64,000 nucleotides of DNA from an uncultured Thermoanaerobaculia bacterium (lineage in GTDB: Bacteria; Acidobacteriota; Thermoanaerobaculia; Multivoradales; JAGPDF01): assembly GCA_964591165.1 (NCBI GenBank), contig CAZPZW010000002.1, positions 3,840 to 67,839 of the forward strand, written 5' to 3'. Shown here one piece after another: positions 35,986 to 44,414 of this stretch. Position numbers and translations under genes: made by a program. The notes below the pieces were generated by a model. That model was not told the origin of the DNA. It was given only the letters and a program-made list of their open reading frames with translations, and did not search any database. Position 1 is the first letter of the stretch. The number at the start of each line of letters is the position of its first letter.

Positions 35986-36744
35986 TCAATCGTGGCGCTG
36001 GCCTCGGCCCGTCTCGCCGCGGGCGAGCAGCTGCGCCCGGCGGCGGACCGGCAGCTTCGCCCGCGGATCGGCCGCGACCGCAGCCTGATCGGATTTCTTG
36101 AGCATGGGCAGCAGCGACAACGTGCTGGCGACCGGCGTCAGGGGATTGCGGCAGAGCGCCACCCGGATCGGGTAGCGGACCCCCCAGCGCGGATGGGCGG
36201 CAATCACCGCCAGGACCTGCGGCGAGGCGACCTCGGAGGCCACCAGCGGAGCGAGCAGACCCTCGGTCAGGCGCGGATTCTCGAGTAGCGCGGCGATCAC
36301 CCGTGGCGAGGGGTCCTGGCGCAGCGCGGCGAGGACGCCAGGGCTCGCCGCACGGCCGATGGCGATCTTCTCGCCCACCGCGAGCGTAGGGAGCCGCTCT
36401 GCGAGCTTCTGGTCGGCCGCCCGCCGCACGACCGGGTGGAGGCGAGGGTCGGTGCCCACCCGGACGAGATCGGCCCAGTAGAGCCCCGGGACGAGCCGCA
36501 GCGCGAGCAGCCTCGAGGCCCTGGGGTGACGCGCGGCTTCGCTGCGGACCTCGTAAGACGAGCGCAGGGCCGGCGACTCCACGAGCAGATCGATCATCTC
36601 CGCGGTCAGGAAGGGGTTGCGGAAGGCGTGCCGGGCGGTGACCGGATCGAGATCGCCGAGGCGCAGCGCCAGCAGGGCCGCGAGCTCCTCGGCACCCGCC
36701 TCGCGAAGCCGTCGCGCCAGCTCTTGCCGTTCCGGCGTCTCCAT
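35986..36744 (-). CDS. LRV-type helical repeat protein, paralogous to the 33939..34955 product at the C-terminus
   Basis: It carries repeats RNPFLTAEMIDLLV, RHPRASRLLALRLV, QDPSPRVIAALL, ENPRLTEGLLAPLV and RNPLTPVASTLSLL. The start is taken at the internal ATG 36744; the listed 36789 start would overlap the divergent gene. Confidence 0.65.
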   Translation of the reverse strand: METPERQELARRLREAGAEELAALLALRLGDLDPVTARHAFRNPFLTAEMIDLLVESPALRSSYEVRSEAARHPRASRLLALRLVPGLYWADLVRVGTDPRLHPVVRRAADQKLAERLPTLAVGEKIAIGRAASPGVLAALRQDPSPRVIAALLENPRLTEGLLAPLVASEVASPQVLAVIAAHPRWGVRYPIRVALCRNPLTPVASTLSLLPMLKKSDQAAVAADPRAKLPVRRRAQLLARGETGRGQRHD

Positions 36745-36787
36745 CGGCGTGCGGGCTCCGCGACCCCTCTGATATCGTCGCGCCTCC

Positions 36788-38869
36788 ATGGCGCGGCGAT
36801 CTTTCGAAGAATACCGGTCCGAGAGCCCGCCCGCGACCCTCGAGGACGACTGGATCGCCGAGATCGAGTCCGACCCGACCGACCTCGACTACTTCCTGGG
36901 CCTGGCCCAGCCGCTGGCAGGGGCCGGCGAGACGGAACGAGCCCGCTCCCTGCTGGAACTACTCGATTCGGAGCTCGCCGACCGGGGGCATTGGGGTGCA
37001 CGTTTCGAGCTGCTGCGCCGCGCAGCCCCCTTGTATCTCAAGCCCGGCAAGGTCCAGAAGGAAGTGGTCGCCACCCTGCAGGCGATCTGGGCCGACAAAC
37101 CGAACCTCCCGGCCATGCTCGAATACGTCCACCTCAACAAGGCGACCGACGACCCGGCCCGGCTGTGGGACAAAGTGACTCGCCTGCAGAGCCTGCTGGT
37201 CTACGACGTCGGCGAAGTGGTCGCGATGGCCAGCCAGGGCGTCGGCCGCGTGGTCGAGGTGAATCTGCCACTGGAGACGCTGAAGATCGACTTCGACAAG
37301 AAGAGCGGGGTGACGGTCGGCTTTCGCGCCGCCGCCAAGATGCTCACCCCACTGCCGCCCGATCATCTCCTGCGGCGCAAGCTCGAGGATCCCGAGAGTC
37401 TCGCCAAGCTGCGCGACGAGCAGCCGGCGGAGCTCCTCCGGGCGGTCCTCGAATCGGCCGGCAAGCCGCTCACCGCCGGAGAGATCCGCGACATGCTGGT
37501 GGGCATCGTCAGCGAGACGCAGTGGACCGCCTGGTGGAACGCCGCGCGGCGCCATCCGCAGGTGATCGCTTCCTCAGGCGGCCGGCAGGCCTACCGTTGG
37601 GAAGCATCGGCCGCCGGGGCGATCGCCTCGATCGGCAAGTCCTTCGAGAACGCCGAGCCGCGCCAGCAACTGGAGCTCTTCCGCCGCAATGCCGCCCGCG
37701 ACCCGGCGCTCGCCACGGCGATGGCCCAGACGATCGCCGCCACGGCCGGCGCGCGCCGTGAAGCCGATCCCGCCTTGGCGTTCGAAGCCTGGTTCGCGCT
37801 CGAGCGCGCCGCCAAGCTGCCGCCCCACCTCACGTGGTCGGTCGAGGATCTGCTCTCCGAGCGGGCGGACGTCCGCCGCCTCGCCGCCGGCCTCGAGGAC
37901 CGCCTGCTGCGCGAGCGGGCCTATCTGATGCTGCGCGAGCGGCGCGCCGACTGGCCCGCCGTATACCGCGACCTGGTCACCCGTGAAGCCGATCCGCGCG
38001 CCATCTCGCTGCTCGCCGAGGGGTTCGCGGAAGCGCTCCCCGCCGAGTTCGACCGTTGGCTCGACGACCTCATCTCGCAGCCGCGCAAGCAGCCCGCCGC
38101 CTTCGCCTGGCTGGTCGAGCAGGCGGCCGAGAAAGAAGCGCTGCGCGCCCGCAATCCGCTCCGGCTGGCGCAACAGCTGCTCGCGGCGCTGGCCAGCGAG
38201 GAGCTCGCGCCGTATCGCGTGCGGTTGCGCGCCCAGACCGAGTCCGGCGGCGCCCTGCCGCGCCTCTTCTCCCTGCTCAGCGAAGAGCAGGCGTCGGCCG
38301 CTCTCGATTCGATCGAGAAGAGCACCGTGCTCGACAGCTTCCACAAGGCGCCGCTACGCAACGCGCTGATGCTGCGTTTCCCCGGGTTGCGCCAGGAAGC
38401 CGGCAGCGCGCTCTACGCCCGCCACGAGTCCATCCAGGCGAAGCAGCTGGAGATGAAGCGCCTCGCCGAGGTGGAGATCCCGGCCAATCGCAAGGCGATC
38501 GAAGAGGCGCGGGCGCACGGCGACCTACGGGAGAACTTCGAGTACAAGTCCGCTCGACAGCGGCACGAGTACCTCAACTCCCGGCTCGCCATGCTGCACC
38601 GCGACCTCGCGCGGGCGCGACCGATCGACTTCTCGGCGCTGGACACCAGCGAGGTCCGGATCGGAGCCCGCCTGACGCTGCGCACCGAAGGCGGAAGCCA
38701 GCGCTCGCTCTCCATCCTCGGCCCCTGGGAGAGCCGGCCGGAAGAGGGAATCCTCTCCTACGAGTCGGATCTCGGCCGCCAGCTCCTCGGGCGCAAGCCC
38801 GGCGAGACGGTGAGCATCGGAGAGGAGCGCTACGTCCTGGCGTCGATCGAGGCCTGGCGCCCGGAGTGA
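36788..38869 (+). CDS. Large (693 aa) GreA/GreB-domain protein with an extended N-terminal region
   Basis: The C-terminal ~150 aa read ...NRKAIEEARAHGDLRENFEYKSARQRHEYLNSRLAMLHRDLARARPIDF...RIGARLTL...ILGPWES...ISYESDLGRQLLGRKPGE. This matches the GreA coiled-coil acidic tip plus globular domain. Residues ~138-160 (VYDVGEVVAMASQGVGRVVEVNL) resemble a CarD/TRCF-RID motif. Confidence 0.8.
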   Translation: MARRSFEEYRSESPPATLEDDWIAEIESDPTDLDYFLGLAQPLAGAGETERARSLLELLDSELADRGHWGARFELLRRAAPLYLKPGKVQKEVVATLQAIWADKPNLPAMLEYVHLNKATDDPARLWDKVTRLQSLLVYDVGEVVAMASQGVGRVVEVNLPLETLKIDFDKKSGVTVGFRAAAKMLTPLPPDHLLRRKLEDPESLAKLRDEQPAELLRAVLESAGKPLTAGEIRDMLVGIVSETQWTAWWNAARRHPQVIASSGGRQAYRWEASAAGAIASIGKSFENAEPRQQLELFRRNAARDPALATAMAQTIAATAGARREADPALAFEAWFALERAAKLPPHLTWSVEDLLSERADVRRLAAGLEDRLLRERAYLMLRERRADWPAVYRDLVTREADPRAISLLAEGFAEALPAEFDRWLDDLISQPRKQPAAFAWLVEQAAEKEALRARNPLRLAQQLLAALASEELAPYRVRLRAQTESGGALPRLFSLLSEEQASAALDSIEKSTVLDSFHKAPLRNALMLRFPGLRQEAGSALYARHESIQAKQLEMKRLAEVEIPANRKAIEEARAHGDLRENFEYKSARQRHEYLNSRLAMLHRDLARARPIDFSALDTSEVRIGARLTLRTEGGSQRSLSILGPWESRPEEGILSYESDLGRQLLGRKPGETVSIGEERYVLASIEAWRPE

Positions 38870-38891
38870 GCCGCCGCGGTCACGCGCCGGT

Positions 38892-40742
38892 TCACCCGTC
38901 CTGGCGCGCGCCGAAGTAGGACAGCAGACCCTGCACCACGGCGTTTGCGACTTGCTCGCGAAAGACGCGCGTCTGCAGCAGCTTGCGGTCGGCGCTGTTG
39001 GCCAGGTTGCAGACTTCGAGCAACAGCTTCGCGGGCACCGCGTTGTACTTGAGCACCGCCGGCACCCAGGCCCGCCGCCCGCGATAGATGCGATCACGGA
39101 CCGGTTTGAAGGGATGGACGTCGAGCTCGGCCGCACTGAACGCGGCGATGATCCGCTGGGCGAGATCGCGCGACAGGCCTTCGCTGCGTTGACGCTCCTT
39201 GAGCGAGAAGCGGACCTCCGGCTGCTCCTTCACCTCCTGGCGCGACGCGAAGGCCCCGCCGCTCTTGCGGTACGTACCACCCGTTCCCGCCGTGTCGGGA
39301 ATGTAGGCCGTGGCGCCGCGCAGCGAGGCGTGCAGCGAGTCGGCGTGAATCGACAGGAAGACCACCTTGTCGCCCCCGCCGCTCTTGGCAGCCGCTTTGC
39401 GGAACAGGCTGTTGGCGAGATACCAGCGCAGGTGGACGCCGATGCGCGCATCGACGATCGGGTAGGGTGGCGTGGTGAGCACGGCGTGCTTGCGCGAGTA
39501 GGCGAGGACGTCCTTCTCGTCGATCCGCCAGGCGGCTCCGTCGCGCGTGGTCAGGCGAGCTTCGGCCCGGGTGCGGCTGGTGAGCGCCCGCTGAATGCGC
39601 ATCGCGATGTCGTAGACGTAGAGGCTCTCCCACACCCCCGACATCGACGCGCCCACGTCCACGCCGCCGTGGCCGGCGTCGAGGATCACCAGCACGCCTT
39701 CGAGCCCGCTCGCCCGGACTTCGTTGCGATACTGGCCGGAGAGGCGCTGCTCTACCTCGTATTCCAGGCGGCGCGGATCGGACGCCGGCAGGTGCTCCGG
39801 GAGCAGGACCTCGAAGGGGATCTTCACCGGGAAACCGATCGGAATGTCGGTCACGTCGGCGATCCCGCTCCGTCCGGCGATCTCGCCCGCGAGTGCGTTC
39901 ACGTCTTCGGCGTGCAGGCGTCCGGTGAAGCGGATCACCACGCTCGAATACAGCGCTTCGCCGGCCCGCAACCGGTAGATGGCGAACTTCCCCCGCTCGT
40001 CCTCGGCGTACTCGAGGACCGTCGAAACCGCGACGAGCGGCGCCGGAAGCCCCTCCCCGCCGCCCTCCGTGCCTGCGACGGCAGGCGAGGAGATGGTCGG
40101 CAGGACCTCGGGCGCCGGTCGAGCGGCGGGCGTCGCGGCAGCGATGAAGCGAAACGGCGCGAGCAGCAGGTCGTTGGGAATGCGATAGGTGTCGCCCGCC
40201 GCAGGGGAGCCGCCGGCGAGTCCAGCGGCTCGGCGAACCTGCTCGACGCGCGTGCGATCCCCGGTCAGCCAGTCGACCGCAGCGGACAGGCTCTCGCCGC
40301 GGCTGCGATGCGTCCAGCCCTCGGCGCCGGGTCGGTCCTCCGGGAAGAGCGCCTGCACCACGGCCAGCTTGAGCTCGTCGCGCAACAGCGCATAGGGCAC
40401 CCGATAACGCACGCCGGCGAGCAGTTTCCGACTCGCCCGATTGAGCTTGATGATCTCCCCCACCGCCGAGGTCGAACCGGTGAGCCGCCGGCAGAACTGA
40501 TTCCAGCCTTCACCCCGTTCGGGCAGCGCCTCCAAGTAGATCTTCTCGAGATCGACCAGCACGGCGGTCTGGCCGGAGGCCACACGGCCCCGCACCGACT
40601 TGCCGGCTGCGGGAGAGGGAGCGAGCAGGACGATCGACCCGAGGATCAACCCCAGCGCGGCGCTCCCGCGCAACGCGAGAAAGCCGCCGACGCGGCGCCA
40701 GAGCCGGCGGCGCTCAGGCAGCGCCAGAGCTCCGCGGAACAT
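38892..40742 (-). CDS. N-acetylmuramoyl-L-alanine amidase (Amidase_3 / AmiC-like) with a long N-terminal region
   Basis: 616 aa with a signal/TM segment (ALGLILGSIVLLAPSPAAG). VLVILDAGHGGVDVGA, VFLSIHADS and LLEVCNLAN are amidase_3 motifs. Confidence 0.85.
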   Translation of the reverse strand: MFRGALALPERRRLWRRVGGFLALRGSAALGLILGSIVLLAPSPAAGKSVRGRVASGQTAVLVDLEKIYLEALPERGEGWNQFCRRLTGSTSAVGEIIKLNRASRKLLAGVRYRVPYALLRDELKLAVVQALFPEDRPGAEGWTHRSRGESLSAAVDWLTGDRTRVEQVRRAAGLAGGSPAAGDTYRIPNDLLLAPFRFIAAATPAARPAPEVLPTISSPAVAGTEGGGEGLPAPLVAVSTVLEYAEDERGKFAIYRLRAGEALYSSVVIRFTGRLHAEDVNALAGEIAGRSGIADVTDIPIGFPVKIPFEVLLPEHLPASDPRRLEYEVEQRLSGQYRNEVRASGLEGVLVILDAGHGGVDVGASMSGVWESLYVYDIAMRIQRALTSRTRAEARLTTRDGAAWRIDEKDVLAYSRKHAVLTTPPYPIVDARIGVHLRWYLANSLFRKAAAKSGGGDKVVFLSIHADSLHASLRGATAYIPDTAGTGGTYRKSGGAFASRQEVKEQPEVRFSLKERQRSEGLSRDLAQRIIAAFSAAELDVHPFKPVRDRIYRGRRAWVPAVLKYNAVPAKLLLEVCNLANSADRKLLQTRVFREQVANAVVQGLLSYFGARQDG

Positions 40743-40955
40743 CCGACCCGAAGCGCCGTCCTACCACCCGCTCGCGCGCCGGAGAGCGGTCGATGGAGTC
40801 GATCACCCGACCGCGCTGGGAGGCGGCGGCCGCTTCCTCGTCCGGGCCCGGTCGCAGGCGCGCCGGGGCCGCGACGCGTCGCACCGCTTCGCTCGTAAGG
40901 GACATAATCAGGCCGCGCGCATCCTAGCGGTTAATCCGCGAAGCGCGCAAACCAC

Positions 40956-42218
40956 GTGCGTCACGAATCTCCACTCCCCGCGCCCTGGATTGCGCTTCTC
41001 GTCGACGAGCGCGTCCGCGAGCTCGCGCGCGTGGCCGGCTCGATCCGCGTCTACCTGGTCGGCGGGGTGCTGCGCGATGCCGCGCTCGATCTTCCGGTGC
41101 GCGACCTCGATTTCGTGGTCGAACGGGATGGCGAGTCGATCGCCGAACGCTACGCCGCGGTGTGGGGCAGTCGCCTGGTGCGTCTCGGCGGCGACCAGTT
41201 CGCGGCGCTCAGGGTTCCGCTCGCGAGCTCCCACGCGGACCTCTGGGATCTCCAGGGCGGCGATCTCGTCGCCGATCTCTTCCGCCGCGATCTCACGGTC
41301 AACGCGATCGCGCTCGCGATCGACGGGCGGGAGATCCTCGATCCGACCGGAGGCGTCGCTGACCTCGCGCGTCGCGAACTGCGCGCGACCCGGCCGGGCG
41401 TCTTCGGCGAAGACCCGGCACGGGTACTCAGGCTCGCTCGCCTCGCCCTCGAGCTGCCCGGTTTCGCCATCGACGGCGCCACCCTCGAGCTCGCTCGCGG
41501 CGCCGCCGGCGCGCTGCACGAGATTCCGGCCGAGCGGATCCGCGTCGAGATCGAGCTCGCCTTCTCCGCTCGCCGCGCCGCTTCGACGCTCGATCTGCTC
41601 GACCGGCTGGGAATCCTCGCCGCGCTCTTCGCCCTGCCGCCGGCGGCGGATCGTGCCGCTCGCGCCGCGCACGAGCTCGAGGCCCGCCTGCGCGAGCTCG
41701 CACCGGCGTCCGCCCGAACCACCGACCTCGCCGCTTTCTGGGCCTTTCTCGCTCTGCTCGTGGATCCTCGCCCGGAGGCTGCCGGGCGCTGGCTCCGCGC
41801 TCGGGCGCGCGACGGCCTCGTCGTCCGCGCCACCCTCGTCCGGGCGGTCCGTCTCCTCGCCGCCTCCTGGATCCCCCCGGCGGAGGCGGCCGACCTCCGC
41901 CGCTGGCTGCACGACGCCGGCGACGACTGGGCGGCCGCCCTCGCCCTGCGCGGAGCGTTCGCGCCGCGCGGCCGCGAGGTCACGGCGTGGGCGGCTGCGA
42001 CGCGAGCCATGGTCGGCTTCGGCAGTCGGCTGCGGGAGGAGATCCTGCGCCCGCCGCGGCTGGTCTCCGGCGAGGATGTGCAGCGTATCGTCGGCGTCGC
42101 TCCCGGGCCGCCGATCGGCAGTCTGCTCGCGCGATTGCGTCGCCTGCAGGTGGAAGGAAGGGTGCGGACACGCGAGGAGGCGCTCGCCGAGCTGCGGCGC
42201 CTCGCCGGGCCGTCCTAG
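40956..42218 (+). CDS. tRNA nucleotidyltransferase / poly(A) polymerase family protein (CCA-adding-like)
   Basis: 420 aa with a GTG start. YLVGGVLRDAALDLPVRDLDFVV (GGxxRD ... DxD) is the head-domain motif, and RDLTVNAIA follows. Confidence 0.8.
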   Translation: MRHESPLPAPWIALLVDERVRELARVAGSIRVYLVGGVLRDAALDLPVRDLDFVVERDGESIAERYAAVWGSRLVRLGGDQFAALRVPLASSHADLWDLQGGDLVADLFRRDLTVNAIALAIDGREILDPTGGVADLARRELRATRPGVFGEDPARVLRLARLALELPGFAIDGATLELARGAAGALHEIPAERIRVEIELAFSARRAASTLDLLDRLGILAALFALPPAADRAARAAHELEARLRELAPASARTTDLAAFWAFLALLVDPRPEAAGRWLRARARDGLVVRATLVRAVRLLAASWIPPAEAADLRRWLHDAGDDWAAALALRGAFAPRGREVTAWAAATRAMVGFGSRLREEILRPPRLVSGEDVQRIVGVAPGPPIGSLLARLRRLQVEGRVRTREEALAELRRLAGPS

Positions 42219-43654
42219 CGGAAGATACCGGACTTCTTGTCGCCCTCGGCGCCGCCGTTGCCGATCAGACGCTGGTTGAGCTCCTTGATGCGGTCCATCA
42301 GCTTGTCGATCTTCTCCTGCGCCTCGGTGCGCAGCCGGTTGTAGTCGCCGCGCATCCGTTCCATTTCGGCCATCATCTCGTGGATCCGCTTGTCGAAATC
42401 GCGGATCTGGGTGTCGCGCAGCGAGATCGTGCCCTCGAGGTCGGAGATCCGCTCGTCCTTCTCCGCGAGGCGCAGCTTCGTCTTCTCCTCCTGCTCCTCG
42501 TAGAGCTTGCGGTACTGCTGCAGCATGAGGATCTCGGAAAAGTCGGCGGTCGACGGACTCATCTCTCCTCCTCGCTCCTCGATCTTCGGGAACATCTTGC
42601 GCAGTTTGAGCGACAGGTCCTCGGGGTCCGAGGATTGCCGCATCGCTTCCGGATAGCCGATCGTCCCGTGGACGAGCAACGCGAGAAGCGACTGGTTCAT
42701 CGACTGCATCCGGTAGTAGGCCACCGACGACTCGACCTCCTCGTGGAGCAGCGGAGTCTCCCCCTTCTCGATCAGCTGGGCGATCTTGGGTGAGGTCTTC
42801 ATCACCTCGAGCGCCGCGACCAGCCCCTGGCCGTCGGCGCGCTCGACGAGCTTCATCGAGACCACGCCCTTGAGCACCTGGGCGACCTGGGCACGCACCT
42901 GGTTCTGCTGGTCGGCCGGGAAGGCGTCGAGGATCCGGTCGACGGTCTGGGTCGCGCTGTTGGTGTGCAGTGTCGAGAAGACGAGGTGCCCGGTCTCCGC
43001 GGCCGTGATGACCGTCGAGATCGTCTCCGGATCGCGCATCTCGCCGACCATGATCACGTCGGGATCCTGGCGCATCACGTTGCGCAGCGCTTCGGCGAAG
43101 GCCGGCGTGTCGGTACCGACTTCGCGCTGCGAGATCGACGCCACGCCATCGGTGAACAGGAACTCGACCGGATCCTCGATGGTGACGATGTGGACCGGCC
43201 GGCGGGCGGTGATGTACTTGATCAGCGCCGCGAGGGTCGTCGACTTGCCGCTCCCGGTCGGCCCCGTCACCAGCACCATGCCCATCGGAAGGTCGCAGAA
43301 GTCGAGCAGCACCGAGGGCAGGTTGAGCTTCTCGATGTCGCGAATCTCGTAGGGGATGCGGCGGAACGCGACCGCCAGGGTGCCGCGCTGAACGTAGACG
43401 TTGCAGCGGAATCGCGCCAAGCCGCGCACCCCGTAGCCGAGGTCGACCGACATGCGGTCCTCGAGCCGGCGTTTCTGGTGCGGCGCCAGCATCGAGTCGA
43501 CCATCGACTGGATCTCTTCCGGCAGGAGCGACTCTTCGTCGAGCGCGATGAGCTTGCCGTGGACGCGGATCAGCGGGGCCCGGGTCGGCTTCAGATGGAG
43601 GTCCGAAGCCCCGCGCTCCGTCATCCGTCGCAGAAGGGGATCCAACTCGCGCAT
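42215..43654 (-). CDS. PilT/PilU-like type IV pilus retraction-type ATPase with a ~110-aa C-terminal coiled-coil extension
   Basis: 479 aa with SDLHL, GPTGSGKSTT (Walker A), DPDVIMVGEMRD (Walker B) and TLHTNSA (His box). The C-terminal tail LYEEQEEKTKLRLAEKDERISDLEGTISLRDTQIRDFDKRIHEMMAEMERMRGDYNRLRTEAQEKIDKLMDRIKELNQRL is absent from canonical ~345-370 aa PilT. Confidence 0.9.
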   Translation of the reverse strand: MRELDPLLRRMTERGASDLHLKPTRAPLIRVHGKLIALDEESLLPEEIQSMVDSMLAPHQKRRLEDRMSVDLGYGVRGLARFRCNVYVQRGTLAVAFRRIPYEIRDIEKLNLPSVLLDFCDLPMGMVLVTGPTGSGKSTTLAALIKYITARRPVHIVTIEDPVEFLFTDGVASISQREVGTDTPAFAEALRNVMRQDPDVIMVGEMRDPETISTVITAAETGHLVFSTLHTNSATQTVDRILDAFPADQQNQVRAQVAQVLKGVVSMKLVERADGQGLVAALEVMKTSPKIAQLIEKGETPLLHEEVESSVAYYRMQSMNQSLLALLVHGTIGYPEAMRQSSDPEDLSLKLRKMFPKIEERGGEMSPSTADFSEILMLQQYRKLYEEQEEKTKLRLAEKDERISDLEGTISLRDTQIRDFDKRIHEMMAEMERMRGDYNRLRTEAQEKIDKLMDRIKELNQRLIGNGGAEGDKKSGIFR

Positions 43655-43663
43655 CGCGACGTG

Positions 43664-43692
43664 ATTCTATTCCCGATCCGGGTCCGGTCCAG
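43664..43692 (-). promoter_or_regulatory. Candidate promoter (C)TGGAC(C)-N16/17-TAGAAT for the PilT-like gene; near-leaderless
   Basis: The -10 TAGAAT ends 9 nt before ATG 43654, with no SD. Confidence 0.35.
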
Positions 43693-43708
43693 TGAGCCCG
43701 TCGCCGGA

Positions 43709-44323
43709 TCAGTACTTGCGCATCAGGCCGACGACGACACCCTGGATCTTCAGGGTGGAGGCGAGGACCCGGAGGGGAGCCATCGCCGGATTGGACGGCT
43801 GCAGGCGAACCGTCTCTCCCTCCGGGAAGAAGCGCTTCAGGGTGACTTCGTCTCCGACCAACGCGACGACCATCTCGCCGTTGCGCGCCCGCTCGCGGCG
43901 CTCCACCACCACCCAGTCGCCGTCGTGGATGCCTTCGCCGATCATCGACTCGCCGGCGACGCGGAGCACGTAGTGCTCGCCCTGCCGTTCGCCGAACAGG
44001 GCGGCCGGAACGGTCAGCGTCTCGTTGCCGGCCAGCGCCTCGATCGGGCGACCGGCGGCGATTCGGCCGAGAAACGGAATCTCGACGCTAGCCGGCGGCT
44101 GGCCTTCGCCGGCGAGCAGCTCCATGCCCCGGCGCTGATGGCGCTCGCGACGCAGGTAGCCCTTGCGTGCCAGCAGCTTGAGGTGCTTGTAAGCGGTGCC
44201 ATAGGAGGAGAAACCGAAGTGCTCGCAAATCTCGCGGTGGGTCGGCGCGACGCCTTGGCGGTCGCGGAAGCTCTCGATGTACCTGAGGATCTGTTGCTGC
44301 CGTTCGGTGAGGTACGCGGACAT
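43709..44323 (-). CDS. lexA: LexA repressor
   Basis: The start is the internal ATG 44323. It has an N-terminal wHTH (LTERQQQILRYIESFRDRQGVAPTHREICEHFGFSS.GTAYKHLKLLARKGYL), an AAG cleavage site, GESM (Ser) and TLKR (Lys). Confidence 0.92.
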   Translation of the reverse strand: MSAYLTERQQQILRYIESFRDRQGVAPTHREICEHFGFSSYGTAYKHLKLLARKGYLRRERHQRRGMELLAGEGQPPASVEIPFLGRIAAGRPIEALAGNETLTVPAALFGERQGEHYVLRVAGESMIGEGIHDGDWVVVERRERARNGEMVVALVGDEVTLKRFFPEGETVRLQPSNPAMAPLRVLASTLKIQGVVVGLMRKY

Positions 44324-44329
44324 GTCGCA

Positions 44330-44359
44330 AGCGTATGGCGGTAAAGCGGCGTAAGTCAA
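44330..44359 (-). promoter_or_regulatory. Candidate lexA promoter TTGACT-N18-TACGCT; predicted leaderless
   Basis: The -10 ends 6 nt before ATG 44323, with no SD. Confidence 0.4.
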
Positions 44360-44384
44360 GCCGATCCGGGAGCCTGCTGCTCGC

Positions 44385-44414
44385 TTGACAGCCCTTCCTC
44401 TCGCTCCCTACACT
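44385..44414 (+). promoter_or_regulatory. Candidate promoter TTGACA-N18-TACACT for the M16 peptidase pair
   Basis: It has a consensus -35. The two divergent -35 boxes form the inverted repeat GTCAAGC...GCTTGAC. Confidence 0.45.

Noticed and set aside
40915-40948. Hairpin GCGCGC-atcctaGCGG-ttaat-CCGCgaa-GCGCGC in the 5' region of the CCA-transferase gene. It shares the heptamer ATCCTAG with the serC-upstream repeat.
   Set aside because: The stems are short and GC-rich and easily arise by chance. The shared heptamer is a single 7-mer match. No known riboswitch or leader resemblance was recognised.
44378-44392. E. coli-like SOS half-sites, CTGTcaagcgagCAG on the minus strand, in the lexA upstream region
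   Set aside because: The spacing is CTG-N9-CAG rather than CTG-N10-CAG. The flanks do not match the consensus, and the element overlaps the -35 of the opposite promoter. This is not enough to call a LexA box.
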